Shown here piece after piece: positions 58,288-64,000 of a stretch of 64,000 bases of DNA (position 1 is its first letter; the number at the start of each line of letters is the position of its first letter). The stretch lies in IMG/VR virus record IMGVR_UViG_3300045988_183785, positions 305-64,304 of that record. One strand, written 5' to 3'. Made by a program: the position numbers and the translations under genes. Under the pieces are notes generated by a model. It was not told the origin of the DNA, did not search any database, and worked only from the letters and a program-made list of their open reading frames with translations. The DNA is from a virus.

Positions 58288-60359
58288 TTTCTTGATGCCT
58301 CCTTTGCGGTATTGTCGGTCTCCTGACCTCCCGCGATTATGGAATCGACCATTTTGCAGGAACCTTTTCCTCTGTTCAAAAGTGTCTTTGCGTCCTCCTT
58401 TGCCTGTTCGTACTCAGCGGGGTATGCCATCATAAGGGTCATATATCGGTTCCATCCGGATTGTTCTGTGCCGAGGAAATCTCCGGCACCTCTAATGCGG
58501 AGGTCCGCCTCTGCAATTTCAAACCCGTTATTGGTCTGTACCATGGCGTTCAGTCTCTCCATCGCAGCCGGCGTGGGCGACGCGCCTGCTTCCAGCACAC
58601 AATAGGACTGTACGCTGCTCCGCCCTACACGCCCTCTCAACTGGTGCAGACTGGAGAGCCCGAAACGGTCCGCGTTTACAATGACCATCATTGTCGCGGT
58701 AGGGACATTTACGCCAACCTCCACAACGGTTGTACTGACAAGCACATCTACTTGACCATCCTTGAAGCGCGAGAGAATGTCCTCCGTTTCTGTCTTTCCC
58801 ATCTTGCCTGTTACTGTTTCGATGCGGACGCCATACGGCTCCAGAACAGAACGGTATTCTGCGTTGACTTCCTCGACAGACTGTACGCCTTCCAGTTTCT
58901 CGCTTCTATCAATAAGCGGACAGACAACATAGGTTTGATACCCCTTTTGTTTCTGCAGCAGAATGAAGCGAAAGATTTTTTCTTTACTTGTGGCAATACC
59001 GGTAATAACCGGAAGACGTCCGTCCGGCATCGTTTTAATGGTGTGGAGTTGCACGGTATCCCCATAAATTACCTGAGCCAAACTGCGGGGGATGGGGGTG
59101 GCAGACATAGTAATAGAATGAACACCGCCTGAAGCCTTTTCGATGAGCGCTGTACGCTGGTCAACGCCAAACTTGTGTTCCTCATCCGTTACGGTTAAGG
59201 CGAGATTTTTATACTCCACATCTTCTCCAATGATGGACTGTGTTCCAACAATGAGTTGCGCCTTGCCTTCCTTGATGACGGCCAAGGCTTTTTTCTTTTC
59301 GCTCGTCTTCAAATCGCTGCCAAGCCAAACGACGCTTACGCCAAACGGTTCCGCCAGAGCGGAGAGGTCCTCGTAGTGCTGACGCGCCAACACCAGCGTG
59401 GGAGCCATCACCGCTGCCTGATACCCATTCTCGGCCATAGTCATCATAAGGCAGAATGCAACGATACTCTTTCCGCAACCGACATCGCCCTGCACAAGCG
59501 CGTTGATGCGGTGCCCGTCTGCTGCAAATTGAGTCATGCTCTCAATCGCGTCCATCTGGTCTTTTGTGAGAGAATAGGGCAGGGTCTTCTTAATCTTTTC
59601 AATCCAGCCGTTTGTCTTGACGGAGAATTGGCTACCCTTAGAAATCTTTCGTGCGGCCCATTCGTTAGCCATAGCAAAATATACGAGGTCTTCCTGAAGG
59701 AGTCGGGTTTGACCGTCCTTAATATCCTGCTCGGTAACGGGGAAGTGCAGCTTCTTGAGTGAAGTCCAAAGGCTTGAAAGACCTTTTTTGTCGAGGTAAT
59801 CATTGGGAAGCGTTTCAATAAGCCCGATAGTTCTGTCGGAAGCCTCCTGAATCTTTTCTCTCAGGTAGGCATCGCTCATGCCTCCGATTTGCGCGTACAC
59901 AGGACGAATGCCCGGTGCCTGCCCATAGGCAGGCTCGAAAATCTCCGGTGCCGTCATGGTGTAGTTGTTGTATTTCTCGCTGTATCCGACCTTTCCGGCC
60001 ACATAAACCTCCTGCCCTGTGCAAGTGGAAATCTTGCGGAAAAGGTAGTTTTGCCGGAACCATGTAATGACGAGTTTTTCTCCACTCGGAAGCACCGTGC
60101 AGTGTGCGATAATCATAGGGACATGGGAGGAAGTCTGCACATAAGAACCCTTATAGCGCAGTTCTTGGCCGAAGGACTTCACTTCGTCTACGCGCACAAG
60201 ACAAGCCTGCTCCGCACCATCTATGAGATGCGTTGCAAGCTGCCGGTAGTCCTTATAGCTTTTTGGGATATAACGCAGAAGGTCTTCTGCTGAGTGGATA
60301 CCTTTTTTCTCGAAACGCTTTTCCTTTTGTGCGTTTACTCCAATGACGGATAGCTTCAT
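58284..60359 (-). CDS. recG: ATP-dependent DNA helicase RecG
   Basis: Helicase motifs GDVGCGKS (motif I), VTDEEHKFGV (DExH), MSATPIPRS and RGRVGRS, plus an N-terminal wedge domain. ATG at 60359 lies 7 nt after GGAGGTG. Confidence 0.8.
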   Translation of the reverse strand: MKLSVIGVNAQKEKRFEKKGIHSAEDLLRYIPKSYKDYRQLATHLIDGAEQACLVRVDEVKSFGQELRYKGSYVQTSSHVPMIIAHCTVLPSGEKLVITWFRQNYLFRKISTCTGQEVYVAGKVGYSEKYNNYTMTAPEIFEPAYGQAPGIRPVYAQIGGMSDAYLREKIQEASDRTIGLIETLPNDYLDKKGLSSLWTSLKKLHFPVTEQDIKDGQTRLLQEDLVYFAMANEWAARKISKGSQFSVKTNGWIEKIKKTLPYSLTKDQMDAIESMTQFAADGHRINALVQGDVGCGKSIVAFCLMMTMAENGYQAAVMAPTLVLARQHYEDLSALAEPFGVSVVWLGSDLKTSEKKKALAVIKEGKAQLIVGTQSIIGEDVEYKNLALTVTDEEHKFGVDQRTALIEKASGGVHSITMSATPIPRSLAQVIYGDTVQLHTIKTMPDGRLPVITGIATSKEKIFRFILLQKQKGYQTYVVCPLIDRSEKLEGVQSVEEVNAEYRSVLEPYGVRIETVTGKMGKTETEDILSRFKDGQVDVLVSTTVVEVGVNVPTATMMVIVNADRFGLSSLHQLRGRVGRSSVQSYCVLEAGASPTPAAMERLNAMVQTNNGFEIAEADLRIRGAGDFLGTEQSGWNRYMTLMMAYPAEYEQAKEDAKTLLNRGKGSCKMVDSIIAGGQETDNTAKEASRK

Positions 60360-60673
60360 ATATGTTCTCACCTCCGTATGGTGGGAAAATGTCAGGGTGT
60401 CGGGGTGCTTTTCGTGAACTACTCGGCAATAAATCACCGAGGATTCTTGCTTACTTCTTATAAAGAGGGCTTACACACCCTTATTATAAACACGAACATA
60501 AAATTTTGTCAAGTGTGTTAGAGAGAAAATTTACTGGATGTCAACCTTTATTCTTTTGCATATTCGTTATTATTGCCAACTATTTTTTCGTAAAATACAG
60601 CTTGCTTTAGTTTGTGCAGCACGCTTTACGGCGTATAAACTCGCGGTATAGCTTTTTTTACTGATAATTAGAC

Positions 60674-60702
60674 TTGACATTTTTATATGTTCGTGTTAGT
60701 AT
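60674..60702 (+). promoter_or_regulatory. Sigma-A-type promoter with extended -10 (TTGACA-N17-TGtTAGTAT)
   Basis: GACTTGACATTTTTATATGTTCGTGTTAGTAT. It is a member of the conserved 4-copy promoter family. Confidence 0.5.
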
Positions 60703-60709
60703 AACAGCG

Positions 60710-61198
60710 TGGACAGGGCAAGAAAGGCTCGTTCGAAGGGCTCGTGCCTAAAATGACAATATTCTTGCGATTGTAAGAATAAGCGCCTAAATTGCCCGTC
60801 CCGTTTTCTTCTTTCTTTAATTACACTCATAAGCACAATAAAGTCAGCTCCCTGAGGGAAGTGTGCGGGAGCTGCTTCGACTTTCGCGTTGTTCTCCATG
60901 CGGGGAGGTTCTGGCGGTTCGAGTCCGCACGACGCGCCTTCTGTTTTCGCTGCTGTTATCTTTGCCTCTGTCTTTTCCAACGAGCAGCGGACACGGAAAC
61001 ATCTCTCAATATGATAGCGTAGCATAACTGGTAATGCCGTACCTCTCTCACAGGTAACGATATGTTGGTTCAACTCCAGCCGCTATTGCCAGCCGGCGTT
61101 CTACCCACCCCGCCGACATCAACTCTCTTCGGCGCTGGCGGCCTCCGTGCAGACGTGATTAACCTGCGATAAGCGGAGGCTGCCAGCACCACCAAAAT
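60710..61198 (+). ncRNA. Candidate structured non-coding transcript or leader upstream of the tRNA cluster (no convincing ORF; contains tRNA-like T-loop motifs)
   Basis: About 490 nt lie between a strong promoter and tRNA-Thr with only short, low-quality ORFs. GGTTCGAGTCC (60918) and GGTTCAACTCC (61067) are T-loop-like. A tRNA-like acceptor pairing CGCGTTG/CGACGCG flanks the first. Confidence 0.25.
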
Positions 61199-61274
61199 GC
61201 TGGTGTAGCTCAGTAGGCAGAGCGGCGCACTCGTAACGCGCAGGTCGTGGGTTCGACCCCCACCGTCAGCTCCA
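61199..61274 (+). tRNA. tRNA-Thr (anticodon CGT)
   Basis: Acceptor GCTGGTG/CGTCAGC (two G-U pairs), anticodon loop CTCGTAA, T-loop GGTTCGACCCC, 3' TCCA. Length 76 nt. Confidence 0.8.
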
Positions 61275-61367
61275 TTCCATACTCATTCTCCTTCAAGTGA
61301 AGCCCCCGTGTAACAGGTCTTTTGAAAAGTGCTTTCAGCCTCGTTGTGCGGGGGCTTCACAACTTAT

Positions 61368-61443
61368 GCTGATGTAGCTCAGTTGGCAGAGCGGCGGATT
61401 TGTAAACCGCAGGTCGGGGGTTCAAGGCCCTCCATCAGCTCCA
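61368..61443 (+). tRNA. tRNA-Thr (anticodon TGT)
   Basis: Acceptor GCTGATG/CATCAGC, anticodon loop TTTGTAA, T-loop GGTTCAAGGCC, 3' TCCA. Length 76 nt. Confidence 0.8.
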
Positions 61444-61478
61444 TTAAAACCATGTGCTTTTGTGGTGTTTTTATATGC

Positions 61479-61555
61479 GCGGATGTCGTCTAATTTGGTG
61501 AGACACCAGCCTTCCAAGCTGGTCATTGCGGGTTCGAGTCCCGTCGTCCGCTCCA
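61479..61555 (+). tRNA. tRNA-Gly (anticodon TCC)
   Basis: Acceptor GCGGATG/CGTCCGC, anticodon stem-loop CCAGC-CTTCCAA-GCTGG, T-loop GGTTCGAGTCC, 3' TCCA. Length 77 nt. Confidence 0.8.
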
Positions 61556-61943
61556 AGGACACCGTAAAGTGTGTCCTTTTTCTTTATCTGCTTGTTTGTC
61601 CTGTGTTTTTCGGACAACATCGGCGAGCGCAAAAGTCGCCTGAAGCGTGAGAAGCGAGCTGCCTGCACCTGTTTTGCGGGCGGTGGCGTGATAAGGGTGA
61701 AACTCTGCGCTTTCAGTAGCCGAAAGCAGATGAGCAAAAGTCTCCGCGAACGCCTGCATGGTTCGCGGGACAAGGGAAGCCGGAAAAATAAGTAAACGCG
61801 GGCCGAGCGCAGAGGTTGTTGGCGTATTCCAGACGTGGGTGCTGCCTTTTATGCTGTGCTTGTTTGCGTGGGGTCCGGTGTTCTCGCAGTCTGGATGGTT
61901 GCTGCGAGAGGTGCCAAAACTTATTGCGAAAGGACGGAGTTCT

Positions 61944-63002
61944 ATGCCAACTACATTTCAAGCGTTTAAGTATCGCATTTACCCGACTGATGAGCAGGTC
62001 GAAATCATTGAAAAGACTTTCAAGTGCTGCCGGTTTGTGTGGAACCATTTCCTTGAGCGAACCTCCAAAATCTATGACCGTCGGCAGGAAAAGATGACGA
62101 CCTTCGACTGTATGAAGGTTCTCACGGAGATGCGGGAGCGCTGGCCTTGGCTTGCGGACTGCGGCTGTACGGCAGAGAGATATGCCATCATTGATTTGTT
62201 TGAGGCGCGAAAGGCGTTCTTCCGCCGCATTAAAGCGGGGGAGAAGCCCGGTTATCCCAAATTTAAGGGCGCGTCCCATCCGACACAGAGTTTTACGACC
62301 GCTGGTACTATCTATGTGACGGACGATTACATTCAGGTTCCGTTTGGAGGACAGTATCAGAAAATCAACAAGCTCAGGCGAGGGACGGGGCGCCCCATCG
62401 AAGGGTCTCCCCGCGAGGTCACTATTTCTCGGTCTGCTACCGGAAAATACTGGGCATCTGTCTGCTGTAAAGTAGAGCGAGACACGCTGCCTATTGTGGA
62501 CGGCGAGGTGGGAATCAGTCTCGGCCTGAAGGAGTTGGCTATTGACAGCAACGGCGTTCACTATGAGAACCCGAAGCATCTGAGCAAGTCTGCAAAGCGG
62601 TTGGCACGTGAGCAGCGGCGTCTATCCCGCAAGAAGAAGGGCTCTGTCAACTACGAGAAGCAGCGGCGCAAGGTAGCCGGCGTCCATGAGCATATTGCCA
62701 ATCAGCGCAATGACTACCGGCATAAAATCAGCCGTGAACTTGTCAACGCGAACCAGCTTATTGCTGTTGAGAAGGTGGCCGTTAAGCCCTTAGTTGAGGG
62801 CAATGAGCAGGCTAAAAGCATCCTCGATGCCGGCTGGTCTGAACTTACCGGTATGATAAAGTATAAGGCGGACTGGGCTGGACGCACTCTGGTGGACGTA
62901 GATACCGCCACCGTAGCACCGGAAGCCAAGCATGATGAGGCACTGGCACAGGTCGTGCTGTCCGAAGGTCAGCGCATGGCTTCCGAGCAGAAGCCTGCCT
63001 AA
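61944..63002 (+). CDS. tnpB: TnpB homolog (IS200/IS605 OrfB family) with a substituted RuvC-I Asp and a C-terminal truncation that removes the zinc finger and RuvC-III. It is either a TldR-like nuclease-dead RNA-guided protein or a decaying tnpB.
   Basis: The N-terminus MPTTFQAFKYRIYPTDEQ is typical of TnpB. The RuvC-I motif reads VGISLGLKELAIDSNG where GIDLG is expected, so the catalytic D is replaced by S. The RuvC-II Glu is retained in LIAVEKVAV. The protein ends at ...EYKADWAGRTLVDVD plus a short tail. Canonical TnpB continues from here with a CxxC...CxxC zinc finger and the RuvC-III Asp. No alternative frame restores these. Length 352 aa against about 400 for active TnpB. Confidence 0.7.
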   Translation: MPTTFQAFKYRIYPTDEQVEIIEKTFKCCRFVWNHFLERTSKIYDRRQEKMTTFDCMKVLTEMRERWPWLADCGCTAERYAIIDLFEARKAFFRRIKAGEKPGYPKFKGASHPTQSFTTAGTIYVTDDYIQVPFGGQYQKINKLRRGTGRPIEGSPREVTISRSATGKYWASVCCKVERDTLPIVDGEVGISLGLKELAIDSNGVHYENPKHLSKSAKRLAREQRRLSRKKKGSVNYEKQRRKVAGVHEHIANQRNDYRHKISRELVNANQLIAVEKVAVKPLVEGNEQAKSILDAGWSELTGMIKYKADWAGRTLVDVDTATVAPEAKHDEALAQVVLSEGQRMASEQKPA

Positions 63003-63222
63003 AGCCGAGCGAGGAAAGTGTGCAATGATTGCACACATTGCCAAGGAAATAAAAACGAGTACGGACGGTATAGCCGGAATTAACGCCTGTGGAGATGCAT
63101 GGTCGTCGTGGAAGCAGGAATACTCTGTTGGCTGGTAGTCACGTGAGAGGTGGCACCAGCGCTTTGGGGAACTGAATACCTGTGCTGGGTATACACCACC
63201 CGGAAATAACAGGGTTTTACCA
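63003..63222 (+). ncRNA. Omega-RNA (reRNA)-like scaffold downstream of the tnpB-like gene, at the IS605-type right end
   Basis: A perfect palindrome GTGTGCAATGATTGCACAC follows the stop. A ~90-nt block is ~92% identical to 32883-32972. Further hairpins follow (GGCACCAGCGC..., CCCGGAAATAACAGGG). The structure shows compensatory changes relative to the copy at 33215-33400. Confidence 0.5.
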
Positions 63223-63321
63223 TTCGTAATTATAGTTCTTCCCTCCGCTGTGTGGAGCGTTTTGTCGAAATGACAAAACATTCCTCTTAAATTCTTAAAA
63301 ACAAGAAAGGAAATAAAGAAT

Positions 63322-63891
63322 ATGGAACCTTCTATCAACAGAACTCTCACCGTCAGCGTCGTCAGCTATGGCGTCGTATCTGTCGTCAATGGAGTCATCA
63401 ACGTTGACAACCAGAACCCCATCGAGTTTCCCGCCGTGCTGGACGAGGCATCCGCTGCCAAGCTGCTGAAGAGCAGATACGGCGGCAAGCTGTTCCCCGT
63501 GGATGCAAATATCGTCGTGTCTTCCATCCGGCATGAGAAGTGGAAGTTCTCTATGGACCTGAGCCAGTTCGTCGCTACCGCTGCCCGCAGCCGCGTGGAT
63601 GGAACCGAGTCCGGTGCTGATGATACCCCCGCAGAGGACGTTCCCGCCGCCGAGCCTGCTGCTCCTGCGCCTGAGACGGCACCCGCTGCTTCTCCTGCTA
63701 TCCCCATGCCTCTGGTCTCTGAACCTGAGGAGGATTTTGCGCCTGTAGCTCCCGAAGCGCCTGCTCCCGCCGGTGGTTTCGCTCCTGAGACTCCTGCGCC
63801 CGCTGCTCCCGCCAAGGAAGTTCCCTATGGTGGTAACTTCAATTTCCCCGCTGACAGCGGTGGCGACTTCGGTTCCGGCTTCTTCGGTTAA
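63322..63891 (+). CDS. Hypothetical protein with a Pro/Ala/Glu-rich low-complexity C-terminal half
   Basis: ATG 8 nt after AAAGGAAATAAAGAAT. The C-terminal half contains the repeats AAPAPETAPAASPAIP and APEAPAPAGGFAPETPAPAAPA. Confidence 0.4.
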   Translation: MEPSINRTLTVSVVSYGVVSVVNGVINVDNQNPIEFPAVLDEASAAKLLKSRYGGKLFPVDANIVVSSIRHEKWKFSMDLSQFVATAARSRVDGTESGADDTPAEDVPAAEPAAPAPETAPAASPAIPMPLVSEPEEDFAPVAPEAPAPAGGFAPETPAPAAPAKEVPYGGNFNFPADSGGDFGSGFFG

Positions 63892-64000
63892 TAACCGATG
63901 GACGCTGTGAACGTTGGCCGTGGATGCCTTGATTGCATCAACAAGGAAACTACGACGACCAAAGAACCCTGTAAGAGCTGTTCCCGCTGGAATAGGTGGG

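Noticed and set aside
60890-61198. tmRNA (ssrA), suggested by GGGGAGGTTCTGGCGGTTCGAGTCC
   Set aside because: I found no matching 3' tRNA-like end (T-arm plus complementary acceptor plus CCA) and no convincing tag-peptide reading frame ending in ...AA-stop. Firmicutes do not have permuted tmRNA. Kept only as an unclassified RNA candidate.
61462-61773. ORFs 61462-61650 (+) and 61471-61773 (-) called in the ORF track
   Set aside because: They overlap tRNA-Gly and the tRNA-downstream region, and the translation is low-complexity. Spurious.
32883-63150. ~90-bp direct repeats at 32883 and 63059 as att sites bounding a 30-kb integrated element
   Set aside because: The repeats are internal to the IS605-family right-end / omega-RNA-like sequence (the copy at 63059 sits immediately after the tnpB-like gene). 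The interval between them also contains recG and a tRNA cluster, which are probably core genes. Better explained as dispersed IS-end copies.

Overview
This 64 kb window looks like an accessory region of a Gram-positive, sortase-using Firmicute (Clostridia-like, roughly 55% GC). The organism assignment is inferred from gene content only.

(1) Positions 1-17.9 kb hold two tandem paralogous giant cell-wall-anchored adhesins. The first is cut by the window edge. Each has Cna-B-like repeats and many Thr-Gln ester-bond-type stalk repeats. The second also carries a TQXA-type thioester domain. A lipoprotein gene lies between them.

(2) Positions 18-32.8 kb hold membrane proteins and lipoproteins, a type IA (topoisomerase III-like) topoisomerase, a YdjM-like hydrolase, a secreted EndA/NucA-type nuclease, a flotillin, and tRNA-Ser.

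(3) IS200/IS605 right-end / omega-RNA-like remnants sit directly 3' of tRNA-Ser.

(4) Positions 33.4-56.2 kb form an island of about 23 kb. It is organised into four minus-strand operons, each preceded by a near-identical ~190 bp module (terminator, consensus promoter, conserved leader, attenuator hairpin). Its cargo includes a MoxR-like AAA+ ATPase with a HExxH-peptidase/vWA protein and an HD-domain protein, a MazF-like toxin, a YopX-family protein, a PUA-like domain protein, tandem paralogs and many zinc-ribbon proteins. No structural phage genes or integrase were seen.

(5) recG, a putative structured RNA, a tRNA-Thr/Thr/Gly cluster, and then a TnpB homolog. This TnpB has an apparently mutated RuvC-I Asp and lacks the zinc finger and RuvC-III, which makes it a TldR-like candidate. 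It is followed by an omega-RNA-like scaffold. The 12 nt directly after that scaffold are identical to the -10 region of all four island promoter modules.
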